A DNA stretch of 64,000 bases. It comes from Pseudomonadota bacterium. GTDB lineage: Bacteria > Bdellovibrionota_C > UBA2361 > SZUA-149. The notes under the pieces are model-generated. The model had not been told where the DNA came from and made no database searches. It worked only from the letters and a program-made list of their open reading frames with translations. This document shows positions 48,280-58,785 of this stretch, one piece after another (the stretch's first letter is position 1; every line of letters begins with the position of its first letter). The DNA lies in contig JAKPSH010000212.1 of assembly GCA_029555385.1 (NCBI GenBank), forward strand, positions 1,151 through 65,150, written 5' to 3'. The translations under genes and the position numbers were made by a program.

Positions 48280-49827
48280 GTGGAAGTGGACGACTCTCTT
48301 AAACAAGACCCGTTTATCGGCACGGTAATTGACGGTAAATACCGCATTGTCGAAAAGATTGGCCATGGCGGCATCGGCGCCGTATATCGCGGCGAGCACA
48401 CGCTGATTCGCCGTCAAGTTGCAATCAAAGTGCTGCATTCGCATTTGGTGGAAAATGAAGATTTCTTGCGCCGTTTTCGTCACGAAGCGGAGATTGCCAG
48501 CAGTTTGACCCACCCCAACGCAGTAATCCTCTATGACTACGGTGTTGAGCAGTCCCGTCCTTACCTGGCCATGGAATACGTGCAGGGCGAAACCATGAAA
48601 AGCTGGATGTCGCGCGAGTCCACCCCGCAGCTCTCTGAGGTCTGCACGATATTTCAGCAAATCGGCGCAGCCCTGGAAGAAGCGCACCGGCTGGGAATTA
48701 TCCACCGGGATCTCAAACCGGACAACGTGATTATCACACGGCGGGATGACGGGAGTCCTTCCGTGAAGGTGCTGGATTTCGGCATTGCCAAGGTGATACA
48801 CGATAAAGGCGAGAAAGGCGCAACTGTCGTCACTAAAGCAGGTACATTTTACGGCACGCCGCGTTATGCCTCACCCGAACAAATTATGGGCCAAGAGCTT
48901 GACCGCCGAGCTGATATTTATTCCCTCGGGGTCATGTTATACGAAGTGCTGAGCGGCAAACCTCCGTTTGACGCACCGTCAATGATTGAAGTGTTCCTCA
49001 AACATTTAAACCAAGAACCGCCTCCGTTCGAAGCACTGGATACCGCTCGCAAAGTACCGCGCATGTTGGAAAGTCATGTCATGCGCTGTCTGGCAAAAGA
49101 TCCGGCGAAGCGTCCGGCTAGCGCCGTTGAAATGATGCAAGAACTAACCCGCTGCACCGGCGAATCCTGCGATACTTTCGGCTTTTTACGCAAGCATCGT
49201 CTGGCCGCCACAGCGGCTGTTGGAGCGATCTGCGCGGCAGCGGCATGGTTTTTTATCTATAATGGACCACAGCCGCCGGAACCAGCACCGGACGCCGGCG
49301 CAACGGCGCAGGCGACGCCAGCAGAAAGCCCGGAGCCTGGACCGGCGGCGTCCGCAATCTCCCCGTACGCGGACACACATGCCACACCGCAGTTGGCTGA
49401 AGACGCACCCTCAGAGCCGCCCGGCAACGGCAGTGCCGATGTGCAGTTTCTCTTCAGCGAGGCAAAAGAGCACTACCGCCGCCGCCAATACGAACAGGCA
49501 GCCGCCGGCTATGAAAAAGTCGTGCTGCTCAAACCTGATTATATCGAAGCGCATCTTGATCTTGGTGTTTGCTATCAGCGGCTGAACCGGATGGCTGAAG
49601 CACTGGAACAGTTCAAAAAAGCTCTGGAGCTGAACCGTAATCACGCACCGGCGCTGTACAATTTGGCCTGCTATTACGCCGTGCTTGGCGATACGGATAA
49701 GGCTCTTAAGTTCCTTGAGCTGACGATTGTACGCGATCCGCGGGCCAAACAGGCGGCACAGCGCGAACCGGACTTAGCATCACTGCGAGCTCTCCCCGAG
49801 TTCGCGCGCATTACAGGCAAATCATAG
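48280..49827 (+). CDS. Hanks-type serine/threonine protein kinase with C-terminal TM segment and TPR repeats
   Basis: GxGxxG IGHGGIGAVY, VAIK, HRDLKPDNV, DFGIAK, GTPRYASPEQ; TM LAATAAVGAICAAAAWFFI; TPR-like YEQAAAGYEKVVLLKPDYIEAHLDLGVCY… ; GTG start 3 nt after previous stop. Confidence 0.9.
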   Translation: MEVDDSLKQDPFIGTVIDGKYRIVEKIGHGGIGAVYRGEHTLIRRQVAIKVLHSHLVENEDFLRRFRHEAEIASSLTHPNAVILYDYGVEQSRPYLAMEYVQGETMKSWMSRESTPQLSEVCTIFQQIGAALEEAHRLGIIHRDLKPDNVIITRRDDGSPSVKVLDFGIAKVIHDKGEKGATVVTKAGTFYGTPRYASPEQIMGQELDRRADIYSLGVMLYEVLSGKPPFDAPSMIEVFLKHLNQEPPPFEALDTARKVPRMLESHVMRCLAKDPAKRPASAVEMMQELTRCTGESCDTFGFLRKHRLAATAAVGAICAAAAWFFIYNGPQPPEPAPDAGATAQATPAESPEPGPAASAISPYADTHATPQLAEDAPSEPPGNGSADVQFLFSEAKEHYRRRQYEQAAAGYEKVVLLKPDYIEAHLDLGVCYQRLNRMAEALEQFKKALELNRNHAPALYNLACYYAVLGDTDKALKFLELTIVRDPRAKQAAQREPDLASLRALPEFARITGKS

Positions 49828-49839
49828 GAACCACAGCCG

Positions 49840-50772
49840 ATGGAACTCTCCGGTAAGTCTTTTTCCGGACCTCTGCCGCCCTTGAGTCCTGGCGAAACCG
49901 AACTTGCGTATATCCTTCGGCATCATGTCGACGCGCTTGCCGGAGAAATTGGCGCTCGAAGCATGCTAGTTTATGACAATTTCCTGCGTGCACAAAACTA
50001 CATTGCTGACTGCTGGCGCGAAGCGGGCTTTAGCGTGCAGCGCGAAGAGTTTTTGGTCGATCTCGGTTTATCGCAGTTTACCGCAGCCAATCTCATTGTT
50101 GAAATCCGCGGCAGCTCGAAACCAGATGAGATTCTCCTCCTTGGCGCACACTATGACACTGTTGGTGAAACATGTCCTGGCGCAAACGACAACGCATCCG
50201 GCGTCGCCGCGCTGATTGAGCTTGCGCGCCGGAGTAATATGACGCAGCCGGCCAGGACGCTGCGCTTCGTTGCGTTTGCCAATGAAGAACCGCCGTTCTT
50301 TATGACTCAGGCCATGGGCAGCATCGTGCACGCGCGCGCGGCCCGCAAGCGGGGCGAAAAGATCATCGGCATGTTTTCGCTCGAAACGATAGGATATTAC
50401 TCCAGTGCACCGGGCAGTCAGGCGTATCCGGCCCCCTTGTCGATGAACTATCCAAAGACAGGTGATTTTATTGCATTCGTCGCCAATCTTGCCTCCGCAC
50501 CGCTGCTTTGCCGTACCTTGGAAGCCTTCCGCAAACACACCCAGTTTCCGTCCCAAGGCCTGGCGGCGCCAGGCAGCATGCCCGGGATTGACTGGTCGGA
50601 TCACGCCGCATTCTGGCAAGAAGGTTATCCGGCGCTGATGGTGACCGACACTGCTGTTTTCCGCTATCCGTATTACCACGAAGATTCCGACACAGCAGAA
50701 AAATTAGATTATGGGGCGTTGGCCAGGGTAACCGGCGGCCTGGGCGAGACATTGTTGGTTCTCTCTAGTTAA
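49840..50772 (+). CDS. M28-family zinc peptidase (aminopeptidase-like)
   Basis: LLGAHYDTVGETCPGANDNASGVAALIELAR metal-binding signature; 12 nt after kinase stop. Confidence 0.8.
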   Translation: MELSGKSFSGPLPPLSPGETELAYILRHHVDALAGEIGARSMLVYDNFLRAQNYIADCWREAGFSVQREEFLVDLGLSQFTAANLIVEIRGSSKPDEILLLGAHYDTVGETCPGANDNASGVAALIELARRSNMTQPARTLRFVAFANEEPPFFMTQAMGSIVHARAARKRGEKIIGMFSLETIGYYSSAPGSQAYPAPLSMNYPKTGDFIAFVANLASAPLLCRTLEAFRKHTQFPSQGLAAPGSMPGIDWSDHAAFWQEGYPALMVTDTAVFRYPYYHEDSDTAEKLDYGALARVTGGLGETLLVLSS

Positions 50773-50884
50773 ACCCGACATCCCGATTCAAGAATATTGG
50801 CAGCCCTGGACGTAATTGCCCACAAGCCTTGCTGTCGCTGTTTCCCTATTCCGGTGACACAAACTGCAAAGGGCCTTATCGCCG

Positions 50885-50908
50885 AGCGGTTGCGAGAACC
50901 GCTATAAT
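50885..50908 (+). promoter_or_regulatory. perfect 7-bp inverted repeat AGCGGTT-GCGAG-AACCGCT overlapping a TATAAT -10 hexamer (50903-50908)
   Basis: Read directly; 75 nt upstream of ATG 50982. Confidence 0.3.
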
Positions 50909-50981
50909 TGAAACACGAACGAGTGCAATACGCATAAGAATTAAGGGCGGAAGCCTCAACTACGGGTTATAGGGTTGCGTC

Positions 50982-51938
50982 ATGAGTGGGCCGTTTTCTG
51001 AGTCTGGCAGGGCGAATTGCGCGCCGTCTGCGGCGGACAGCACACGAGCGCAAGCGCCAAAACAGCACCAAGCAGGCGAGGTGATACTGCCGGCCAGGCC
51101 AACGGCGGAATCAACACAGGCGGAGAATGATCGATCACTTGCCGCACAAGATCGCACCAGCGGTACAGGGAATTCTTGCGTGGAAAAGCCTTCCGGCGTT
51201 GATATAGTTTGTCATGGCGAGCTGTCGTTGCGCCTGCTTACGCGCATCGGAATAACTATCCGCTGCGATCACAACGAACATGGCACGATCTCCTTAGATG
51301 CAGCAAAAATATCCGGCCCGGCGAAGGAGATGACCTTCAATCCCGTGCGTGAACGCATCGAAGTCTTCTCCCGGCCGGAAGGCGTAGCGCTGCTCATTAT
51401 TGCCAAAAACGATCGGCGGCAAAGATCTGACGGTTCAGTTGATACATCTTCTCAGACAGCGCGCGTGCTGACTATTGTTCCAGAGCAGCATTATGGTGCT
51501 CTGCACATTCCGGGGCACTACCGCGAGCACCCCGCACTAATCCGCGTTAACCCCGAGATAGTTTATCAAGCCCATCCGGACATGCCTGCGGCAAGTCCAT
51601 ACCGCATCCGCGCGGAGCTGTATTCACGCGGCATCATTGTCGACGCACGAAGCGGGTGCGTCCATCTCAAGCGGCATCGTGACGTGAGGCTTCAGCTTGA
51701 CGATGAAGGCGGACGTTTCGCCCGGCTGTACCTGGCGGAGATCCCGTTTAACGAAAAAACCACGCTGGTGCAGATTCGCCTGCAGCCCGCAGCAGAAAAG
51801 GAAAAAGCCGCAGAGATTGCAGCAAGCAGTATTCTTCTCGATTTAATGCAAATTGATGCTGCGGCGCAGACTCTCACCGTTAGCCCGGCGGGAAGGGTAA
51901 CGATCGGGCGCGAACGTCACTTCTCTTATATTTCTTAG
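50982..51938 (+). CDS. hypothetical protein
   Basis: 318-aa ORF; N-terminal ~90 aa low-complexity; no motifs recognised; start uncertain. Confidence 0.45.
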   Translation: MSGPFSESGRANCAPSAADSTRAQAPKQHQAGEVILPARPTAESTQAENDRSLAAQDRTSGTGNSCVEKPSGVDIVCHGELSLRLLTRIGITIRCDHNEHGTISLDAAKISGPAKEMTFNPVRERIEVFSRPEGVALLIIAKNDRRQRSDGSVDTSSQTARVLTIVPEQHYGALHIPGHYREHPALIRVNPEIVYQAHPDMPAASPYRIRAELYSRGIIVDARSGCVHLKRHRDVRLQLDDEGGRFARLYLAEIPFNEKTTLVQIRLQPAAEKEKAAEIAASSILLDLMQIDAAAQTLTVSPAGRVTIGRERHFSYIS

Positions 51939-52069
51939 ATTCTACCGCCTATATGCACGAAGATCCCGCAGGATCAGAGCCTCCGGAGAGCGGGGGAAGC
52001 GGATAACCGTAGGTGGTTGACCACGTTGCGCAATCCGCCTGCCTCACTCTCCGGAAACATGACCACACA

Positions 52070-52429
52070 TCACCAAGCGAAGCGGTAGAGAATCGCGGTC
52101 TTCAGTCCGCGCCAGGCGCTATCGTCAAGCGTGCCGTTGAGCTGCTTTCGCGCCCGCAGGCAGCCGTCATCAATTGCGCGAGCGATGTCTTCACGCTCTT
52201 CTTCATGCGCAAGAGCATACAGCTCCGGCGATACCGGCGCCGCATACAGACACTCGCGCAGCGCTCCCTCAACCGGCCCGGCCAAGTCAGCCTGGGCACT
52301 CCGGTCCAGCCTGCAGCGAAGCTGCAATGCGATATGCGCGGCTTCACCGGCGTAAAGAACACACAGTTCACATGCTTCATCGGCCAGGGCCGCCAGCGTT
52401 GGACGCTGCCGTGTGTTTTCTGCAATCAT
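52070..52429 (-). CDS. hypothetical protein (~119 aa)
   Basis: Start moved to ATG 52427-52429 because of strong SD AAGGAGAAGG 5 nt upstream; the longer ORF-track start lacks an RBS. Confidence 0.45.
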   Translation of the reverse strand: MIAENTRQRPTLAALADEACELCVLYAGEAAHIALQLRCRLDRSAQADLAGPVEGALRECLYAAPVSPELYALAHEEEREDIARAIDDGCLRARKQLNGTLDDSAWRGLKTAILYRFAW

Positions 52430-52841
52430 GATCCTTCTCCTTGTTCGGGAAAGTGTAGCGGGCTTCAATCGAAACGAACACAAGCGGAGGAAAAAGGGAA
52501 ATAACCTGCTGCTTCCCCCATCTCCTTCGGCTGTGCTGCAACGCGCCGGCACAGGCAAAGGAGAGGGGAGGAACCGTCTGCACATCGGGAAACATTAAAT
52601 GAACCGGCCCGGCGTCCGTGCACTCACAGGTTTTGATGCCCGCCATTAGGGCGAAGATCCGGTATTGCTCACCGGCAGCGGATTGTGCTGCTGTCTCCCG
52701 CTGACAACAGGGCAAAGAGCGGACACGAACCAAGCATGCCCATTCATTGCCCTGAGCCGGGTCATTTCTATGGCAGAATTACATATTCGCTGGTATCTAT
52801 AGGTAATATGACGGTTGGAGAGCGGGGGAAAGGAAACCTGT

Positions 52842-53945
52842 ATGATCATCGGTATTCCGCGGGAAAGAAAGAATGGTGAATGCCGCGTCGGTCTGACGCC
52901 GGACAAAACCGCGCAGCTTGCAGGGCGGGGACACCGGATAATCATCGAACGTGGCGCAGGTGAGCGCAGCGGATTTACCGATGATGAATACCGCAGCGCC
53001 TGCGCTGTAGTAGCAGAAACCCTCGAACACGTTTGGCAAGAATGCGAGCTGCTGGTCAAGGTAAAGGAACCAGCGCCTGAAGAACTGCCGTTCTTCCGCC
53101 CTGGACTTGCCGTTTTTTCCTTTCTTCATCCAGCGGTCGCACCTGCGATGGTGCAGGCAATGATTGACAATAAAGTGACGGGACTTGACTATGACCTGGT
53201 CACCGTTGATGGGCGTTTTCCGATTCTTGAACAGATGAGCATCATCGCCGGCAAGCTCTCAGTGCAGTGCGGAGCTTATGCGCTTCAGTCAAGCAGCGGC
53301 GGGCGCGGGGTGCTGCTTGGCGGCGCGGCGGGTGTGAAGCCCGCCCGCGTGCTCGTCATTGGCGCAGGAGCTGCGGGAAGCAGTGCGGCGAAGACGGCAA
53401 TCGGCATCGGCGCGGATACCGTGATTATGGATGTTAATCCGAAACGTCTTGAGCAGTTTGCCGAAGGCCCCTATCGGGCGCGTACTGAGCATTGCACACC
53501 TGCCGCAGTCAAGCGCGAGGCAGGAGAAGCCGACCTGGTGATCGGCGCAGTGCTCGTCCCGGGAGCTTTGGCCCCTAAGCTGCTGACGCGGGAGATTCTC
53601 CGCGGCATGAAGAAACGCGCCGTAATCGTTGATATCTGCATTGACCAAGGCGGTTTTGCCGAGACCAGCCGCTCAACGACTATTTCGCAGCCGATATATA
53701 TTGAAGAAGAGATCGTGCACTATTGCGTGCCCAACATGCCGGCCCTCGTGCCGCGCACCGCAACCGAAGCTCTTACTTCCGTCACGCAGAAATGGATCGA
53801 GCTTCTGGCCGGACAAGGCCTCGAGGAAACCTTGCGCACTTCAGATGCCATGCGTGCCGCACTGATCGCATATCAAGGGGCACTGACCAATACCGTTGTT
53901 GGAGCCGCACTGGGCATACCCGCCTCAGAACCAAACATCCCGTGA
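52842..53945 (+). CDS. ald: alanine dehydrogenase
   Basis: MIIGIPRERKNGE…, NAD-binding VLVIGAGAAGSSAA, AlaDH/PNT family collinear similarity recalled; SD AAGGAA 6 nt before ATG 52842. Confidence 0.9.
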   Translation: MIIGIPRERKNGECRVGLTPDKTAQLAGRGHRIIIERGAGERSGFTDDEYRSACAVVAETLEHVWQECELLVKVKEPAPEELPFFRPGLAVFSFLHPAVAPAMVQAMIDNKVTGLDYDLVTVDGRFPILEQMSIIAGKLSVQCGAYALQSSSGGRGVLLGGAAGVKPARVLVIGAGAAGSSAAKTAIGIGADTVIMDVNPKRLEQFAEGPYRARTEHCTPAAVKREAGEADLVIGAVLVPGALAPKLLTREILRGMKKRAVIVDICIDQGGFAETSRSTTISQPIYIEEEIVHYCVPNMPALVPRTATEALTSVTQKWIELLAGQGLEETLRTSDAMRAALIAYQGALTNTVVGAALGIPASEPNIP

Positions 53946-54124
53946 GCTTCTCCTCATTGGTCAAAGTTGTCTTGGCTAAGCTCGGCGAAACCGGTATTGT
54001 ATCAGCACTTTGCGGTCCCTGCTTGGTTGTCAGCCAAAAAGCATAAACCTTTTGACTCCAAAGGATTACACTGGTTATCAACAGTTACTGACTCTTACTT
54101 TTACTGAATTGTTGCAGTTCGCGC

Positions 54125-57100
54125 ATGTTTGATTTTGTCCACCTTCATCTCCACACGCAATACAGCGTCCTTGACGGCGCAATCAAGCTGAAGGCGCTGA
54201 TTGAGAAAGCCAAAGCGCAGAAACAGCAAGCCGTTGCCGTGACAGATCACGGCAACATGCATGGAGCAATTGAGTTTTATCAGCTGGCCAAAGCGGAGCG
54301 AATCAAGCCCATTATCGGCTGTGAAGTCTACGTCACCGCCGGCTCGCGCCGCGAGCGCACGCCGCAATCGCAAGGCGGGGCGGGAACGTATCATTTAACG
54401 CTTCTCGCGCAAGACCTCGATGGCTACCGCAACCTCTGCCGTCTGGTCACCCTGGGTTACACCGAGGGGTTCTACTTCAAACCCCGGGTCGATTTTGAAC
54501 TGCTTGAGCGTTACAACAAGGGGCTGATTTGCCTGAGCGGCTGCATGTCCGGGGAAATAGGTGAATATGCAAAACATGAGGACATTGAAGGTGCGCGCCG
54601 TTTCGTCAAGAGATATCTCTCCGCATTCGGCGACCGCTACTTCCTTGAAGTTCAGCCGCACTGCATGAAGGAGCAGCAGACCCTGAATAAGATGCTTGCC
54701 GAGCTGACAACTGAGCTCAGCGTGCCGATTGTTGCGACCAATGACTGTCATTATTTATCCCCAGACGATCACTACGCACAGGAAGTGCTGATGTGCGTTT
54801 CAACTGGCAAGCTAATTACCGACGAAGATCGCCTCCATCACGAAGAAGCACGCTTGCACTTTAAATCCGGCGAGGAAATGCTGGCAGAGCTTCCGGGTTT
54901 TGAAGATGCTGTGCGGCGCACTGTGGAAATTGCCGAACGCTGCAACCTGCAATTTGATTTCTCAAAGCACTTTATGCCGCAGTTCAGCGCCGGCACTGGG
55001 CGCTCAAACGAGATGGTGTTTGCCGACAAAGCCCGTGAAGGACTGCGCAAGCGCCTCGACGCTCGCACCGCCAAGGGGGAGAAGCTCTCCGCGAAAAAAC
55101 ACGCGGACTACAGTGAGCGCCTGGAAGAAGAAATAAAGCTGATTATCCAGATGGGATTTGCCGACTACTTCCTGGTTGTGTCGGATTTTATCCTCTGGGC
55201 AAAAGAGCATGACATTCCCGTCGGTCCAGGACGCGGCAGCGCCGCAGGATCGCTTGTCGCCTACGCGCTCTATATTACAGAGATCGATCCGATCGTGCAT
55301 AAGCTCTTTTTTGAGCGCTTCCTCAATCCCGAACGCATCTCGCTGCCCGATATTGATGTTGATTTCTGCATCTTTGGACGTGATAAAGTAATTGAATATG
55401 TCTCGCAGAAATACGGACGGGACAAGGTCGCGCAGATTGTCACGTTCGGCACCCTTAAAGCAAAAGCCGCCATTAAAGACGTTGGCCGTGTGCTTGGTTT
55501 GAGCTACGCCGAAACCGATCGCATCGCTAAACTGATTCCCGCTCCGCGCCAAGGTTTTGATTATCCGCTTTCTGAAGCGCTCAAGATGGAAAAGCGGCTA
55601 AAAGATTATGCGGAAGGAGAGGGAAAGGAACTAATTGAGCTTGCGCTAAAGCTTGAAGGGTTGTCCCGGCACACATCGACTCATGCCGCCGGTTTGGTCA
55701 TCGCCGATCGTCCGGTGGTGGAATTTATGCCGCTGATGGTCGACAAAGATGACCAGGTGGTCACACAGTTCTCGATGAACTGGGTAGAGAAAATCGGATT
55801 AGTTAAGTTTGATTTTCTCGGGTTGAAGACTCTTTCCGTGCTCCACGAAGCAGTGCGCCTGATTAAAGAAGGACTGGGCATCGAAATTGATCTTAATGAC
55901 TTGCCGCTTGCCGATGCAAAAACCTACCGGATGATTTCCAGCGGACGGACAATCGGCGTGTTTCAGCTCGAATCAAGCGGCATTACAGAAATGATTACGC
56001 GTTTGCGGCCAAGCTGTTTTGAGGATTTGGTCGCGATCCTTGCGCTCTATCGTCCGGGACCTCTTGATGCGGGCATGGTTGACAAATACATTAACCGCAA
56101 GCACGGGCGGGAACGCGTACAGTACCCTCACGCTCTGCTCGAGCCGATTCTTTCCGACACCTACGGCATCATTCTCTATCAGGAACAGATCATGCAGATC
56201 GCCCGCTCCATGGCGGGGTACTCGCTCGGACAAGCCGATATGCTGCGCCGCGCGATGGGCAAGAAAAAGCCGGAAGAAATGGCTAAACAACGGGATCTCT
56301 TTGTTTCCGGCGCAAAGAATAACGGCATTAACGCCGCGCTCGCCAGTGATGTCTTCGACCAGATGGAGACTTTCGCCCGCTACGGCTTCAACCGCAGCCA
56401 TTCCGTCGCTTACGCCTTTATCTCGTTTCAGACCGCGTATCTGAAGACCCATTATCCGCAGCAGTTTATGGCCGCGCTCATGACTTTTGAAATGGGTGAC
56501 ACCGATAAGACACTGAAGAATCTCAATGAATGCCGTGAGATGAAGATCCCCGTCCTGCCGCCGGACTTAAACCACGGGGAAGTGGGCTTTAATGTCGTGA
56601 AGAAAAAGATCGTTTTCGGGCTGGCCGCCATCAAGGGGGTGGGCGAAAAAGCTGTTGAAAAAATCATAGCCGAACGCAAGGAACACGGGGCATTTAAGAG
56701 CCTTTACGAATTCTGCCGCCGCGTGGACTCAACGCTTGCCAACCGGCGGAGCATGGAGAATTTTATCAAGGCCGGCGCCTTTGACTGGACGGAGCTTGCG
56801 CGCGCAGAAATGATTGAACGGCTCGAAGACACGTTAAAACTGGCCCAGCGCGCCAAGGAAAATGAAAACTCAGCGCAGATGGGACTGTTCAGCAGCACGG
56901 CAAAGCCGGATGAAGATCCGTACCGTCCCGGACGTCCATTGTTGCCCGAGTGGCCGGTAAATATTAAATTGGCGAATGAACGCGAAGCACTTGGATTTTA
57001 TCTCTCCGGTCACCCGCTTGAGAAATTCCGGCTCGAATTTGAGCGCATTGGTTCACTGAATACGGAGAGCGTCCGTTCTTACGCGGACGGCAGCTCTGTA

Positions 57101-57589
57101 ACAGTGGCCGGCGTGATCACCTTTCTTAAATTGAAAAATACCAAGAAAGGGGACCGCTACGCGACTTTCATTCTGGAGGACCTTTTTGGAACATTGGAGA
57201 CAATAGTCTGGCCCGACACGTACCAAAAGGTTTTTGAAATGTTGAACAGCCAAGATCCGGTGCTTGTCTCCGGGCGGCTTGATGTCTCTGATGAACGGCG
57301 TACGATTATCGCCAACAGTGTCGAGTCGGCCATTGCTTGCCGCGACCGTGCCGCCAAAGAAGCATTAATCCGCGTTCCGGCGCAGCAATGCAGCAGCGAG
57401 CGCCTGGACCAGCTTCGTTCGCTGCTGGCCCAGCACAAAGGCGAATGCACAGTAAAACTGCTCTTTGTCCGCCCCAACCACAGCGAAACTACCGTTTCAC
57501 TTCCGGATGATGTGAAGGTCGCACCATCGGAAGCTCTCTGCAACAAAGTGGAGCAGCTCTTCGGCGAACCGGTGATGACATTCCGTTAG
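54125..57589 (+). CDS. dnaE: DNA polymerase III alpha subunit
   Basis: PHP-domain N-terminus FVHLHLHTQYSVLDGA, polymerase core and OB-fold region; 1154 aa. Confidence 0.95.
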   Translation: MFDFVHLHLHTQYSVLDGAIKLKALIEKAKAQKQQAVAVTDHGNMHGAIEFYQLAKAERIKPIIGCEVYVTAGSRRERTPQSQGGAGTYHLTLLAQDLDGYRNLCRLVTLGYTEGFYFKPRVDFELLERYNKGLICLSGCMSGEIGEYAKHEDIEGARRFVKRYLSAFGDRYFLEVQPHCMKEQQTLNKMLAELTTELSVPIVATNDCHYLSPDDHYAQEVLMCVSTGKLITDEDRLHHEEARLHFKSGEEMLAELPGFEDAVRRTVEIAERCNLQFDFSKHFMPQFSAGTGRSNEMVFADKAREGLRKRLDARTAKGEKLSAKKHADYSERLEEEIKLIIQMGFADYFLVVSDFILWAKEHDIPVGPGRGSAAGSLVAYALYITEIDPIVHKLFFERFLNPERISLPDIDVDFCIFGRDKVIEYVSQKYGRDKVAQIVTFGTLKAKAAIKDVGRVLGLSYAETDRIAKLIPAPRQGFDYPLSEALKMEKRLKDYAEGEGKELIELALKLEGLSRHTSTHAAGLVIADRPVVEFMPLMVDKDDQVVTQFSMNWVEKIGLVKFDFLGLKTLSVLHEAVRLIKEGLGIEIDLNDLPLADAKTYRMISSGRTIGVFQLESSGITEMITRLRPSCFEDLVAILALYRPGPLDAGMVDKYINRKHGRERVQYPHALLEPILSDTYGIILYQEQIMQIARSMAGYSLGQADMLRRAMGKKKPEEMAKQRDLFVSGAKNNGINAALASDVFDQMETFARYGFNRSHSVAYAFISFQTAYLKTHYPQQFMAALMTFEMGDTDKTLKNLNECREMKIPVLPPDLNHGEVGFNVVKKKIVFGLAAIKGVGEKAVEKIIAERKEHGAFKSLYEFCRRVDSTLANRRSMENFIKAGAFDWTELARAEMIERLEDTLKLAQRAKENENSAQMGLFSSTAKPDEDPYRPGRPLLPEWPVNIKLANEREALGFYLSGHPLEKFRLEFERIGSLNTESVRSYADGSSVTVAGVITFLKLKNTKKGDRYATFILEDLFGTLETIVWPDTYQKVFEMLNSQDPVLVSGRLDVSDERRTIIANSVESAIACRDRAAKEALIRVPAQQCSSERLDQLRSLLAQHKGECTVKLLFVRPNHSETTVSLPDDVKVAPSEALCNKVEQLFGEPVMTFR

Positions 57590-57595
57590 CCGCGG

Positions 57596-58189
57596 CTACG
57601 CACACGCCACAGGCAGCAGGTTAAGAAATGAACTGCTTAAGTGGAAATCAGGTTTTCCAGAGCCAGGAACAAGTGCGCAGTACCGGCGCTCGTGCTTGCC
57701 GGTAATTGCATAAACTGCGGCCTTTGACTGCTCGGTAAAACAGGCCTGAACAGCGAGGGCCTCGCGCAGGCAAGAAAAACCCACTTTCCACCTGCTGCCA
57801 TCGTGCTTGCTGAAAATTGCCGCCGGCGTTGCGAAGTCTTCTGTGTGCACGCGTATCCGATACTCCGAAAACACGGCAGTCCACCAGGCGCCGCTTGGGG
57901 CAAGATTGAATTCCTGGTATCTTGCGCTGCCGTCGTCCTTGATGAACAGCTCGATTACGTCTTCTTCCCACAATCCCTCGACGAAACTACCCGGCGCAAG
58001 CGCCATGTCGCAAGATGGCGCGCTCATTACCTGCGCACCAAAATGAATCGCCGCCGGGTCAACCGCAAGATAGATCAGCACCGGCTGCGGCAGCGGCGCA
58101 CCATACCAGTCCGACGTGATGGCAAATGGCGCAAGCGAGAATAACTCGCTGAGCCTAAGTTGACGGCCGGAAATATAAACGGGAAGCAT
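57596..58189 (-). CDS. CBM9/DOMON-like carbohydrate-binding-domain protein (tentative)
   Basis: GLWEEDVIELFIKDDGSARYQEFNLAPSGAWWTAVF resembles the W-E-D-x-VE-x-F core of CBM9-like domains; weak. Confidence 0.35.
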   Translation of the reverse strand: MLPVYISGRQLRLSELFSLAPFAITSDWYGAPLPQPVLIYLAVDPAAIHFGAQVMSAPSCDMALAPGSFVEGLWEEDVIELFIKDDGSARYQEFNLAPSGAWWTAVFSEYRIRVHTEDFATPAAIFSKHDGSRWKVGFSCLREALAVQACFTEQSKAAVYAITGKHERRYCALVPGSGKPDFHLSSSFLNLLPVACA

Positions 58190-58216
58190 GTCGATCCTCG
58201 GAGTTTTAGATGATCT

Positions 58217-58239
58217 AGCATGATTTACCGCATCATGCT
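58217..58239. promoter_or_regulatory. perfect 8-bp inverted repeat AGCATGAT-N7-ATCATGCT in divergent intergenic region
   Basis: Read directly, ~30 nt upstream of minus-strand start 58189. Confidence 0.25.
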
Positions 58240-58392
58240 CTCGTGCCGCCCACGCTTAAACCACAGCGGCATGGACACGACTGATTCACGCACAGTGCTC
58301 TCGGTTAGCCAACCTGCCTGGACACGCAAAAACCGCTCCCTTGCCTCAGCTAAAGATGAATGCTAAGGCTCTAATTACTGGAGCGATATTTT

Positions 58393-58785
58393 ATGCGCCT
58401 TTCGGCAGTATATTTCTTCGTCGTGCTGCTTGGCCTGGTCACCAGCGGCTGTTCCGTGCGCGATGCGCTGCACGGACGGCACGGTCCCGACTTGCTTGCC
58501 CTCGGCGCAGGCGCGCAAAGAAAAGCCGTGGAAGGCGAACTTGGAAATCCGAAGTCCTCAATACCGAATGCCCGGGGCGGGTCAACTGACATGTATGAGT
58601 ATCTGCCCGAAGCGGAACCAAGCGTATTTCGCGCTTTCGCATACGGCGTATTTGATATCCTTTCTCTTGGCGCATGGGAACTGGTCGCCAAGCCATCTGC
58701 AAAATATCTTCAGGTCGAATATGACGACAAAGACACCGTTGTCTCCATGAGAAAGCCGCTTATTAAAACCGGAGAGCAAGATTAA
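58393..58785 (+). CDS. lipoprotein, hypothetical
   Basis: Signal peptide with lipobox VTSGC|S. Confidence 0.5.
   Translation: MRLSAVYFFVVLLGLVTSGCSVRDALHGRHGPDLLALGAGAQRKAVEGELGNPKSSIPNARGGSTDMYEYLPEAEPSVFRAFAYGVFDILSLGAWELVAKPSAKYLQVEYDDKDTVVSMRKPLIKTGEQD

Noticed and set aside
50068-50679. 203-aa minus ORF
   Set aside because: Antisense shadow of the M28 peptidase gene.
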